Below are positions 1 through 8,876 of a DNA stretch of 64,000 bases, piece after piece (the first letter of the stretch is position 1; each line of letters starts with the position of its first letter). The stretch is from an uncultured Rhodobiaceae bacterium. GTDB lineage: Bacteria > Pseudomonadota > Alphaproteobacteria > Rhizobiales > TMED25. The position numbers and the translations under genes were made by a program. The stretch covers positions 829 to 64,828 of the forward strand of contig CAJWEW010000003.1 in the NCBI GenBank assembly GCA_913030915.1, in the 5' to 3' direction. The notes under the pieces were generated by a model. That model saw only the letters and a program-made list of their open reading frames with translations, was not told the DNA's origin and ran no database searches.

Positions 1-226
1 TGGTTCAAATTATATTCTAAAAATGATGGATTTTAAGCGGGGTGAATGGTGTGAAGTCATGGATGGTTTATACTGGAGATTCATAAACAAGAATAGAGAT
101 TTTTTTCTGACAAATCCAAGACTTTCTCTCATGGTTTCTTCCTTTGATAAGATGGATTCAATCAGAAAAGAGAGGATAGTGGGAATGGCAGAAAATTTCA
201 TTTTTGAGCATACCCATGAAGACTGA
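1..226 (+). CDS. cryptochrome/photolyase-family (COG3046-like) protein, C-terminal fragment; gene begins left of the window
   Basis: The frame is open from nt 2 (GSNYILKMMDFKRGEWCEVMDGLYWRFINKNRDFFLTNPRLSLMV...). It resembles the conserved C-terminal block of photolyase-related proteins. TGA stop at 224-226. Confidence 0.5.
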   Translation, partial: GSNYILKMMDFKRGEWCEVMDGLYWRFINKNRDFFLTNPRLSLMVSSFDKMDSIRKERIVGMAENFIFEHTHED

Positions 227-644
227 TAAGTATTTAACATTTTTGGGCGTAATACCCTTTCTTTTCCTGCTAATAATATCGTTTTATCATTTTGAAACAA
301 TAGGTTATATATCAAAACTTTTTTATGCATACTCCGCAGTCATCATTTCGTTTATTGCGGGGACCCATTGGGGCATTTGTTTGCACTTGAAAGATGGAAA
401 TAAAAGAACTCTCCTGGAGAGCAATCTGATTACACTTGTTGCTTGGTTCAATCTATTCTATCTAGGCTTGATAACTGAATTAATTATGATTGGGTGCTTT
501 TTGTACTTGTTGCAAGTGGAGCACAGACTCAAAAGGAATCGCATTGTTGATATGGTGTATTTTAGTCAGCGACTGTATGCAACTTTTGCTGTCATCCTCA
601 TTCAAATACTCTTTTACATAAATCGTAATTTTATTATTATTTAA
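216..644 (+). CDS. DUF3429-family integral membrane protein
   Basis: Several hydrophobic helices and an 'AGTHWG' motif typical of DUF3429. The track ORF starts at TTG 204, but in-frame ATG 216 overlaps the upstream stop (ATGAAGACTGA). Confidence 0.55.
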   Translation: MKTDKYLTFLGVIPFLFLLIISFYHFETIGYISKLFYAYSAVIISFIAGTHWGICLHLKDGNKRTLLESNLITLVAWFNLFYLGLITELIMIGCFLYLLQVEHRLKRNRIVDMVYFSQRLYATFAVILIQILFYINRNFIII

Positions 645-2080
645 TCATTATTTGGGGCAGAACAGTCCCATGGACGGTATTTTTCAATTTGAGCCGCTAG
701 GCTTATTAGCGTTGACTCGTCTCCAATTTTTGCAGCAAAATGCATTCCTGCAGGTGTCCCATCCTCAAAAACTTGCATTGGAATTGACATGGCCGGACCT
801 CCAGTTTGATTGAATATTGCTGTGTGAGGAGCGATTTCACGAAATAACATATTAAGATGTCGGTCCACATCTGTATGATCTGTATGTACTGTTCCCAATG
901 GAAGCTCTTTAATATTAACGGTTGGAGAAAGTATCAAATCGTACTTTTCGAAGTAATCTGCCATAATACGTCCTATTTTGTGCATATTATTAATTGCTCT
1001 CAAATAATCAACTGCTGTATATTTTCTGCCTTCATTCATCCATGCCCAATTTAGCGGCTCGAGGTCACTTTCTTTGAGATTAATACCAAGCATCTTTGCT
1101 CTATTTTCAAGATTATTTAAAAGATTTATTGCAGGTATAATTTTCCAAGCCTCGAGTATCGACTGAGCGGATAAATCAATATTAATTTCTTCAACATGGT
1201 GACCAAGGGCCTCACACAGCTGCGCTGAATTTTTTGTTAATTGAATTATATCTGAGTTTAGTCTATTTCCTTCAAAATCATGGGTCATGAATCCTATTTT
1301 CAAATTTTTCGGCTCAATATGAATAGAATCAAGAAATCTTCCATTTTGTTTTGGGCTTACGTATGGTTCGCCAGGCATCAACTCACTGGATATATCAAGC
1401 AGGGCTGCACTATCTCGGACAGACTTAGATAGACAGTGACTAATTGCCATGCCACCCAGAGCCTCGCCAAGATCTGGTCCACTTGATACTCTTCCACGCG
1501 ATGGCTTTAAACCAAAAAGACCGCAAAGGGCAGCAGGGACTCTGATACTTCCACCTCCATCTGTGGCATGGGCGAGAGGTACGTATCCTTGACGAATTGA
1601 GGCTGCAGAACCCCCCGATGAACCACCAGGAGAGTTTGATTTTTTTAGAGGATTCTTCGTAGGCCCCGAAATTTTTGGCTCTGTGGTGAGCGAAAGTGCT
1701 AATTCTGGGGTTTTTGTAAGACCTAGTATAATCAATCCTGCTTTTTTATAAAGTTTGATTAAGTAACTATCATTTTTCGCAATATTATTTTCAAATAGTT
1801 TACTTGATAATGTTGTTGGCAAGCCCTTACATGACACATTTAAGTCTTTTAACAAGAATGGTACGCCGTGAAAAATATTTTCTGGCTGAGATTTTTCTAT
1901 TGCTCTAATTGCATGATCATATGCTTTTGTTGTAATTGCAGATATATCCTCATCATAAGTTTCAATGATACTTATTGCAGTATCCAGAACTTCTCTAACG
2001 GTTACTTCTTTTTCTCTTATGAGTTTGGCGATGCCAAGGCCATCATAGGATGAGTATTCAGATTTTTTCATGTGTTTCAC
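641..2080 (-). CDS. amidase-signature (AS) family hydrolase
   Basis: 479 aa. Gly/Ser-rich AS motif 'GGSSGGSAA', 'TDGGGSIRVPAALCG' block and an upstream Lys in 'FLLKDL'. Confidence 0.85.
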   Translation of the reverse strand: MKHMKKSEYSSYDGLGIAKLIREKEVTVREVLDTAISIIETYDEDISAITTKAYDHAIRAIEKSQPENIFHGVPFLLKDLNVSCKGLPTTLSSKLFENNIAKNDSYLIKLYKKAGLIILGLTKTPELALSLTTEPKISGPTKNPLKKSNSPGGSSGGSAASIRQGYVPLAHATDGGGSIRVPAALCGLFGLKPSRGRVSSGPDLGEALGGMAISHCLSKSVRDSAALLDISSELMPGEPYVSPKQNGRFLDSIHIEPKNLKIGFMTHDFEGNRLNSDIIQLTKNSAQLCEALGHHVEEINIDLSAQSILEAWKIIPAINLLNNLENRAKMLGINLKESDLEPLNWAWMNEGRKYTAVDYLRAINNMHKIGRIMADYFEKYDLILSPTVNIKELPLGTVHTDHTDVDRHLNMLFREIAPHTAIFNQTGGPAMSIPMQVFEDGTPAGMHFAAKIGDESTLISLAAQIEKYRPWDCSAPNND

Positions 2081-3667
2081 CTATTCTAGGGTAAACCCTT
2101 CATACGAATTATTCACTATCTTTTCGCATTTTTCGATATATACCGGTAATCCACCAACAAACGGATAGAAAACTCTTTTTTTACCAGTGACATTTGAGCC
2201 TAGATACCACGAGTCACAATAATAACGAAGTGTATCACGAGCGCATTTATCGTTATATTTCCCCCATTCAATTTCAGCGTCTCTATTCGCTTCGATGGAA
2301 TGATAAGACTTTTTCTTAATATATCTTATACAATCCGCTATCCAGTCAACATGTTGCTCTATTGTGGGTATCATATTTGTCAGGACCGATGGACTGCCAG
2401 GGCCAGTGATAGTAAAGAAATTTGGGAAACCGTTCGTTGCAAGACCAAGATATGTTTCCGGCCCATTTATCCATTTATCTTTCAAGTTTATATTGTTCTT
2501 GCCAATTATATTAATATTATTCAAAGCGCCAGTCATTGCGTCAAATCCGGTTGCTAATATTATCATATCTAAGTCTATCTCTCCTACGCCTTCGATATCA
2601 ATACCCTGTCTATGAATCAAATTAATTGGGGTTTTTTTTAAATTAATAAGCTCGACATTTCCTCGATTAAATGTATCGAAATAATTTGACTCAATAACAA
2701 GTCTTTTACAACCTACGATTGATCTTGGTTTGAGTACCTCAGATATTTTTTTATTTTTAACAATTTCATCTATTTTATCCTCAATATATTGTGTGGCTGT
2801 TTTATTTGCATCGAGATTATGTGTTATGTCACTAAATGCTGCCAAGAATGCAAGCCCTCCAGCAGCCCACCTTCTATCATATTCTTCTTTCAGCTCTTTT
2901 TTTGTGACTTCCAATGCAGATTTTTTATTATAGGTGGTCAGAAAACCACTGACGAGCTTCTTCGCGTCAGACCTATTTTTCTTATAGTTTTTCTTAAACT
3001 CTTGCACAAAATCTGGGTCTAGACTTTTATTGTGGGCTGGAACAGAATAATTCGGCGTTCTCTGTAAAACATATAATTTTTCCGCAGATTTTGCGACTTC
3101 GGGTATTAGTTGCATACCAGACGAACCCGTACCTATTACCGCGATAGTTTTTTTTGTAAAATCTATTTTTTTTTCAGGCCACAGTGAGCTTTGATAGCAC
3201 TCGCCCTCAAAATCCTCGATACCTGGGATTTTGGCATTCAGAGGTTGGCTCAGGCAGCCAGTTGCCATTATACAAAAGTTCGCATGAAATTTCTCTTCAT
3301 TTTTACCGGAAATTTCCCATAGTGAATTCTTATGTATAATATTTTTTACATCAAAATTTAATTTGATATGCGCGTGCAACTGAAAGCGATCTGCTACATG
3401 GTTTAAGTAATTTAATATTTCAGGTTGCCGAGCGTACTTTTCTGTCCACTCCCACTCTTGTTGCAGTTCTTCGGAGAATTGATATGAATATTGAAGACTT
3501 TCAGTATCACATCTTGCTCCAGGATATTTATTCCAATACCATGTTCCTCCAATGGAAGGAGCTCTTTCAAGGATAAGTGCGTCATAGCCATAGCAACGCA
3601 ACTTATGAAGCATGTAAAGTCCTGCAAAACCTGCACCTATTACAATAACATCATGAGTTGCATGCAT
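2081..3667 (-). CDS. type I Baeyer-Villiger flavin monooxygenase
   Basis: 528 aa. FAD fold 'GAGFAGLY', BVMO motif 'GGTWYWNKYPGARCD', second Rossmann 'GTGSSG' and 'GCKRLVIESNYFDTFNR' (active-site Arg region). The fingerprint reads FEGECYQSSLWP. Confidence 0.85.
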   Translation of the reverse strand: MHATHDVIVIGAGFAGLYMLHKLRCYGYDALILERAPSIGGTWYWNKYPGARCDTESLQYSYQFSEELQQEWEWTEKYARQPEILNYLNHVADRFQLHAHIKLNFDVKNIIHKNSLWEISGKNEEKFHANFCIMATGCLSQPLNAKIPGIEDFEGECYQSSLWPEKKIDFTKKTIAVIGTGSSGMQLIPEVAKSAEKLYVLQRTPNYSVPAHNKSLDPDFVQEFKKNYKKNRSDAKKLVSGFLTTYNKKSALEVTKKELKEEYDRRWAAGGLAFLAAFSDITHNLDANKTATQYIEDKIDEIVKNKKISEVLKPRSIVGCKRLVIESNYFDTFNRGNVELINLKKTPINLIHRQGIDIEGVGEIDLDMIILATGFDAMTGALNNINIIGKNNINLKDKWINGPETYLGLATNGFPNFFTITGPGSPSVLTNMIPTIEQHVDWIADCIRYIKKKSYHSIEANRDAEIEWGKYNDKCARDTLRYYCDSWYLGSNVTGKKRVFYPFVGGLPVYIEKCEKIVNNSYEGFTLE

Positions 3668-3678
3668 ACTATGTTCTT

Positions 3679-4878
3679 TTACATTTTTTTATACTTAGCC
3701 GCTTCTTCGGACCCACTTGTAGCACTTCCCTTACTGTAAGAGTGAGCGCCTGTACCCGCCAGGTTACCATCTTTAACTATTGTGTATTCCTCTCTGATTG
3801 GTTTTCCTTCGAAGAAGCACTCCAGTATTTCTCTGACACCTGCCGCGTAGCGAGCTTGGGCTGATAGAGACGTTCCTGATGTATGGGGCGTCATACCGTG
3901 ATGAGGCATAGTTCTCCAGATATGATCATTAGGTGCTGGTTGCGGGAACCAAACGTCTCCCGCATATCCGCTCAACTGACCAGACTCGAGGGCCTTCGCG
4001 ATGGCCTCGCGATCACAGATTTTTCCTCTTGCAGTATTGACGATATATGCACCTTTCTTCATTTTCTTAATAAGAGTCTCGTCAAAAAGATTTTCAGTTT
4101 CAGGATGAAGTGGGCAATTTATCGTGACGACATCACAGACCGCAACGAGCGACTCAACTGACTCATGAAATGTGAGGTTTAATTCTTCCTCTACGCTATT
4201 TGGAAGCCTGTGTCTATCAAAATAATGAAGATGAACATCAAAGGGTTTCATCTTTCGCAGAGCATCTAGACCAATTCTACCAGCGGCAACAGTTCCGATA
4301 TGCATCCCTTCAACGTCGTATGAGCGTTGCACAGCGTCTGCAATATTCCAACCGCCCTCATTAACAATTCTATGTTGGTTATGATAGTCCCTGACAAGCG
4401 ATAGGATCATCATAACTATGTGCTCCGCAACCGATCTAGAGTTACAGTATGTGACTTCCACAACATCAATTCCATTATCCATTGCAGCTTGTAAGTCAAC
4501 GTGATCAGAACCGATTCCAGCTGTAATTGCCATCTTGAGATTTTTTGCATTGGCGATTCTTTCTTTTGTTAGGTAGAAAGGCCAGAATGGCTGCGAAATT
4601 ACAACATCTGCGTCAACCAGTTCTTTGTCTGCTGTGCAATTCTCTCCATCTTTATCAGATGTTACAACTAATTCATGGCCGTTTGATTCTAAAAATTTTC
4701 TTAATCCTAATTCCCCTGACACACAACCTAATAGCTCGCCTGGTGTATAATCTATATTTTTTGGTGTTGGTAGTTCTTGACCATCAGGGTATTTATCTAA
4801 CTTAGGTAGCTCTGATAAAGGATAGTTTTTTGGCATTCCGCCTTTTGGATCATCGTACAATATGCATAAGACTTTCAT
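3679..4878 (-). CDS. fdh: NAD+-dependent, metal-independent formate dehydrogenase
   Basis: 399 aa, collinear by eye with Pseudomonas sp. 101 / yeast-type FDH. Shared blocks: 'MKVLCILYDDP', 'SQPFWPFYLT', 'TAGIGSDHVDL', 'GTVAAGRIGL', 'GDVWFPQPAP', C-terminal 'GTGAHSYSKG'. Confidence 0.95.
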   Translation of the reverse strand: MKVLCILYDDPKGGMPKNYPLSELPKLDKYPDGQELPTPKNIDYTPGELLGCVSGELGLRKFLESNGHELVVTSDKDGENCTADKELVDADVVISQPFWPFYLTKERIANAKNLKMAITAGIGSDHVDLQAAMDNGIDVVEVTYCNSRSVAEHIVMMILSLVRDYHNQHRIVNEGGWNIADAVQRSYDVEGMHIGTVAAGRIGLDALRKMKPFDVHLHYFDRHRLPNSVEEELNLTFHESVESLVAVCDVVTINCPLHPETENLFDETLIKKMKKGAYIVNTARGKICDREAIAKALESGQLSGYAGDVWFPQPAPNDHIWRTMPHHGMTPHTSGTSLSAQARYAAGVREILECFFEGKPIREEYTIVKDGNLAGTGAHSYSKGSATSGSEEAAKYKKM

Positions 4879-4954
4879 TTTCTAATTCCGCTGTTTGATT
4901 TTTAAAGATATATTTAATATCATCTTTGGATAAAACCATCAAATACAAAGTTCT

Positions 4955-5434
4955 CTAAAATAATTTAAAGTCCCTTTTTAAGATTATATTATTTATCAGA
5001 TAAGCCTGCAAAATAATTACAACACAGCCGCTTATTAACGGAGATAATAAAAAATCAAAAGAATGGCCACCGAGTATTATCAGTATAGGATTGCCACCTG
5101 CCGGTGGGTGTGTTGAATTTAATAAGATCATGAAAAAGATACCCAGCCCTACAGCTATTGGAATAACAAATGTGATGCTAAATGAGAAATGACTTACAAG
5201 AATCGAGTAACATATTAGTCCTGCAATTGATGTAATTATATGACCAAAAAATACGTTCCGACCTTTTGCAAATGGGCTTTCAGGGTAACCCAAGATTAAA
5301 ACCATTGAGGATCCGAATGAGGCAACAAGAAATAGGCCATATTCCGTTTCATAGGACAAATAAGTTAAAGTACCAATTATGAAAATAGAAAAAAAGCCAG
5401 CGATTGCCGATTTTTTTAGAGTGTCCATATGCAT
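4955..5434 (-). CDS. HPP-family membrane protein
   Basis: 159 aa, about 4 TM helices, and the eponymous 'HPPAGG' motif (STHPPAGGNP). Confidence 0.75.
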   Translation of the reverse strand: MHMDTLKKSAIAGFFSIFIIGTLTYLSYETEYGLFLVASFGSSMVLILGYPESPFAKGRNVFFGHIITSIAGLICYSILVSHFSFSITFVIPIAVGLGIFFMILLNSTHPPAGGNPILIILGGHSFDFLLSPLISGCVVIILQAYLINNIILKRDFKLF

Positions 5435-5531
5435 TAAATTAGTGCCATAATAATTTTTTTTTGTTATAAGTCATATTAGTTGCATTTATAATTTATTAAA
5501 AGATTAAAAAAATCGTTTCAGGGGGTGCAAG

Positions 5532-5846
5532 ATGATATTTGATCACAGAACGTACACGATACAACCCGGTAAAACCAATGAATATGTTAAAATATTTGAA
5601 GAATTTGCCTATCCAGTTGCAATGAAACATGGACTAAACCTTGTGGCATACTTCGTGAGTAAAGTTGGAACATTAAATCAGGTTGTTCATATCTGGAGTT
5701 ATAACGACATGATGGAGTTTGAGACCCTGAGAGAACAACGCGATGCTGACCCAGAATGGACACGCTACCGGCAGAAAATAGCTGGGATGATTGTTGCCCA
5801 AGAAGATAAGATAATGGTTGGGTCAAATTTTTCACCAATTAAGTAA
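5532..5846 (+). CDS. NIPSNAP-family protein
   Basis: 104 aa. 'MIFDHRTYTIQPGK...' start and 'VVHIWSYNDMMEFE' pattern typical of NIPSNAP alpha/beta-barrel proteins. Strong SD (AGGGGG) upstream. Confidence 0.65.
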   Translation: MIFDHRTYTIQPGKTNEYVKIFEEFAYPVAMKHGLNLVAYFVSKVGTLNQVVHIWSYNDMMEFETLREQRDADPEWTRYRQKIAGMIVAQEDKIMVGSNFSPIK

Positions 5847-5878
5847 TACAGCCTAGATGGGGATTTAAGGGAACGGCT

Positions 5879-7606
5879 ATGGTTACATCTACTGAAGATA
5901 TTCTAAAGAAGCGATCTGAAAATGAAGGCATGATTTCGGGTGGTCATCTTGTCGCCAAAGCGTTAAAAAATGAAGGCGTCGACGCAATTTTTACCCTGTG
6001 TGGCGGGCACATTATTGATATATATGATGGCTGTATTGAAGAGGGTATAAGAATATTTGATTTTCGGCACGAGCAAACGGCCGCTCACGCTGCTGATGGA
6101 TATGCCAGACAAACAGGGAAGCTGGGCTGTCTTGTGACAACTGCTGGACCTGGATTTACCAATGCAATTACAGGTATCGCAACCGCCTTTAGATCTGAAA
6201 GTCCTGTACTCCATATTGGGGGGCAGAGTGCTTTATCACAATGGAAAATGGGAGGACTTCAAGAACTACCACATATGGAAATACTAAAACCAATCACGAA
6301 GTTTGCATCTACAGTTATGTCAACCGAACGAGTTGCGGATATGGTAGCAATGGCAGCAAGAGAATGCTTCAATGGAGCATGCGGACCCTCTTATCTTGAA
6401 ATACCAAGGGATGTTCTTGACAGAGAGGTGCCCGTGGAAACAGTAAAGCTTCCGATAAAAGATAGATACAGAGCCTCAATAAAATCACAAGCAGACCCCT
6501 CAGCAGTAAAAGGGGCAGTTGAAATTTTAAAAAAATCAGAGAGGCCAGCTATCCTTTTTGGGCAACAGGTGTGGCAATCAAGAAGTCATATTGAAGCAAA
6601 TCAATTTATAGAGAAATTAAAAATACCAGCTTACACAAATGGTGCAAGCCGAGGAATGATCGGTAAAGGTTGTAAGTACTCATTTGATAGAACGAGGGGA
6701 GACGCCTTTAAGCAGGCAGATACCATAATCATTGTTGGTACTCCTTTTGACTTTAGAATGGGCTACGGATCAAGAATATCATCAGATATCAAGATAATTC
6801 AAATCGATCAGGATTATTCAAATGTGGGAAAAAATAGAGATATTGATATTGGACTTGTTGGTCATCCTGGCTCTGTTCTGTCACAAATTATAGATTTAAT
6901 GCCAAAATCTTACGACGCAAAGATTGAAAAAAGTAGGGATAAATGGATAGAATTATTATCCAGTAAAGAAGATGAAAAGTATGAGAAACTCCTTCCAACA
7001 TTCAAATCAGACAGTATGCCAATCCATCCATACAGAGTCGCTTATGAAATAAATGAGTTTCTTGATGATAATACGATTTTTATCGGTGATGGTGGTGATG
7101 TCGTTACAATATCAGCGCAAGCAGTGAGACCAAAAAATCCTGGTCAATGGATGGACCCAGGAGCACTCGGCAGTCTTGGAGTTGGAACAGGTTTCGCATT
7201 TGCGGCAAAACTTGCCAATCCTGATAAGGAGGTTCTATGCTACTATGGTGATGGTTCTTTTGGAATGACGGCCTTTGATATTGAAACAGCTGATAGGTTT
7301 GGAATGCCATTTATTGCGGTGATTGGAAATAATTCAGCAATGAATCAAATTAGATATGGACAACTTGCGAAGTATGGTCAGCAAAAAGGTGATATTGCCA
7401 ATAAACTTGGTGATATGAAGTTCTCAGATTTTCCAAAAATGTGGGGTGCGCATGGAATTGAAGTTCATAAGCCAAATGAGATTAGTTCTGCTCTAAATGA
7501 AGCAAGAAAGCTTATAAATAAAACAAAGAAATCAGTCGTCATCAATATATGGGTTGATCCCAACGAGTATGCACCTGGCACCAAAGCCCAGACAATGTAT
7601 AAGTAG
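5879..7606 (+). CDS. oxc: oxalyl-CoA decarboxylase-family ThDP enzyme (Oxc/HACL group)
   Basis: 575 aa. 'FRHEQTAAHAADGYAR', 'GPGFTNA' and the ThDP motif 'GDGSFGM...24 aa...GNNSAMN'. It lies immediately upstream of an unambiguous frc. Oxc versus 2-hydroxyacyl-CoA lyase cannot be resolved by eye. Confidence 0.7.
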   Translation: MVTSTEDILKKRSENEGMISGGHLVAKALKNEGVDAIFTLCGGHIIDIYDGCIEEGIRIFDFRHEQTAAHAADGYARQTGKLGCLVTTAGPGFTNAITGIATAFRSESPVLHIGGQSALSQWKMGGLQELPHMEILKPITKFASTVMSTERVADMVAMAARECFNGACGPSYLEIPRDVLDREVPVETVKLPIKDRYRASIKSQADPSAVKGAVEILKKSERPAILFGQQVWQSRSHIEANQFIEKLKIPAYTNGASRGMIGKGCKYSFDRTRGDAFKQADTIIIVGTPFDFRMGYGSRISSDIKIIQIDQDYSNVGKNRDIDIGLVGHPGSVLSQIIDLMPKSYDAKIEKSRDKWIELLSSKEDEKYEKLLPTFKSDSMPIHPYRVAYEINEFLDDNTIFIGDGGDVVTISAQAVRPKNPGQWMDPGALGSLGVGTGFAFAAKLANPDKEVLCYYGDGSFGMTAFDIETADRFGMPFIAVIGNNSAMNQIRYGQLAKYGQQKGDIANKLGDMKFSDFPKMWGAHGIEVHKPNEISSALNEARKLINKTKKSVVINIWVDPNEYAPGTKAQTMYK

Positions 7607-7616
7607 GAAATATTAA

Positions 7617-8867
7617 ATGGAAGCATTAAAAGGTATAACAATACTTGATTTTACACATGTTCAATCAGGTCCAACATGCACACAACTCTTGGCTTGGTTT
7701 GGCGCAAACGTTATTAAAATTGAACGACCAGGCGGTGGTGATATCACCCGCTCGCAACTACGTGATAAAGACGGTGTGGACTCATTATATTTTACAATGC
7801 TAAACCATAACAAGAAATCTATTACTTTAAATGTTAAAGATGATAAAGGTAAAAAAATATTAGACGATTTGATATTAAAATGTGACGTATTTGTTGAGAA
7901 TTTTGCTCCGGGAACGCTGGATAGGATGGGTTACGGTTGGGAATATATACATAAATTAAATCCAAGAATTATTCTAGCCTCAGTAAAAGGTTTTGGGCCT
8001 GGGCCATATGAAGATTGTAAGGTCTATGAAAATATTGCCCAATGCGCTGGGGGTGCTGCCTCGACCACAGGCTTTCTTGATGGCCCACCTCTTGTTACAG
8101 GAGCACAAATAGGGGACTCGGGTACTGGCCTGCACCTCGCATTGGGAATTGTAACAGCTCTGTTCCATCGAGAGAAATCAGGTCTTGGACAGAAGGTTGA
8201 CGTCGCTATGCAAGATGGGGTTGTGAATTTATGTCGGGTAAAATTAAGAGATTATCAGAGGTTATCCAGCGGACCACTATCTGAATATAGCCAATTTGGT
8301 CAAGGGATTCCATTCACAGATACGACTCCCCGCGCAGGAAATGATTCTGGTGGAGGGCAGCCTGGTTGGATTCTTAAATGCAAGGGCTGGGAGGATGATC
8401 CTGACTCTTATGTCTACTTTATTACACAAGCGCCTGTATGGGATAAAATTTGTAATGTAATTGGTAGAGATGATTGGATCAGTGATCCCGAATACTCAAC
8501 TCCTAAAGCAAGATTAGATAAATTATCACATATATTTGATACAATAGAAAAATGGACAATGACTAAGACAAAATTTGAAGTCGTATCAATATGTGACCCA
8601 CTTGGTATTCCTTGTGGGCCAATATTATCAATGAAAGAAATAGCTCATGATGAGTCCTTGAGGCGAACTGGAACCGTTGTTGAAGTTGACCATCCTGAAA
8701 GAGGTAAATACATCACTGTCGGTTGTCCAATTAAATTATCAAACTCGGAAGCTGATGTCCAAAGGTCGCCTTTATTAGGAGAGCATAACGACGAAATTTT
8801 AAAAGATTTTCTTAATTACAGCGACGAGGAGCTGGTTGAAATCAATAAAACAGATGCGATGAAGTAG
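7617..8867 (+). CDS. frc: formyl-CoA:oxalate CoA-transferase
   Basis: 416 aa, collinear with Oxalobacter formigenes Frc. Shared blocks: '[13 protein letters not shown]', '[11 protein letters not shown]', 'DSLYFTMLN', 'ILASVKGFG', '[14 protein letters not shown]', '[15 protein letters not shown]', '[12 protein letters not shown]'. Confidence 0.95.
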   Translation: MEALKGITILDFTHVQSGPTCTQLLAWFGANVIKIERPGGGDITRSQLRDKDGVDSLYFTMLNHNKKSITLNVKDDKGKKILDDLILKCDVFVENFAPGTLDRMGYGWEYIHKLNPRIILASVKGFGPGPYEDCKVYENIAQCAGGAASTTGFLDGPPLVTGAQIGDSGTGLHLALGIVTALFHREKSGLGQKVDVAMQDGVVNLCRVKLRDYQRLSSGPLSEYSQFGQGIPFTDTTPRAGNDSGGGQPGWILKCKGWEDDPDSYVYFITQAPVWDKICNVIGRDDWISDPEYSTPKARLDKLSHIFDTIEKWTMTKTKFEVVSICDPLGIPCGPILSMKEIAHDESLRRTGTVVEVDHPERGKYITVGCPIKLSNSEADVQRSPLLGEHNDEILKDFLNYSDEELVEINKTDAMK

Positions 8868-8876
8868 AGTTTAATA

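Noticed and set aside
10-330. 106-aa minus-strand ORF across the photolyase/DUF3429 junction.
   Set aside because: It overlaps two plus-strand genes with recognisable family motifs, has no motif of its own and is probably spurious.
3679-4878. Considered whether the formate dehydrogenase is a Mo/W-selenocysteine type with an in-frame UGA.
   Set aside because: The sequence is the soluble NAD-dependent D-2-hydroxyacid-dehydrogenase type, full length with no internal stop. There is no Sec or SECIS issue.
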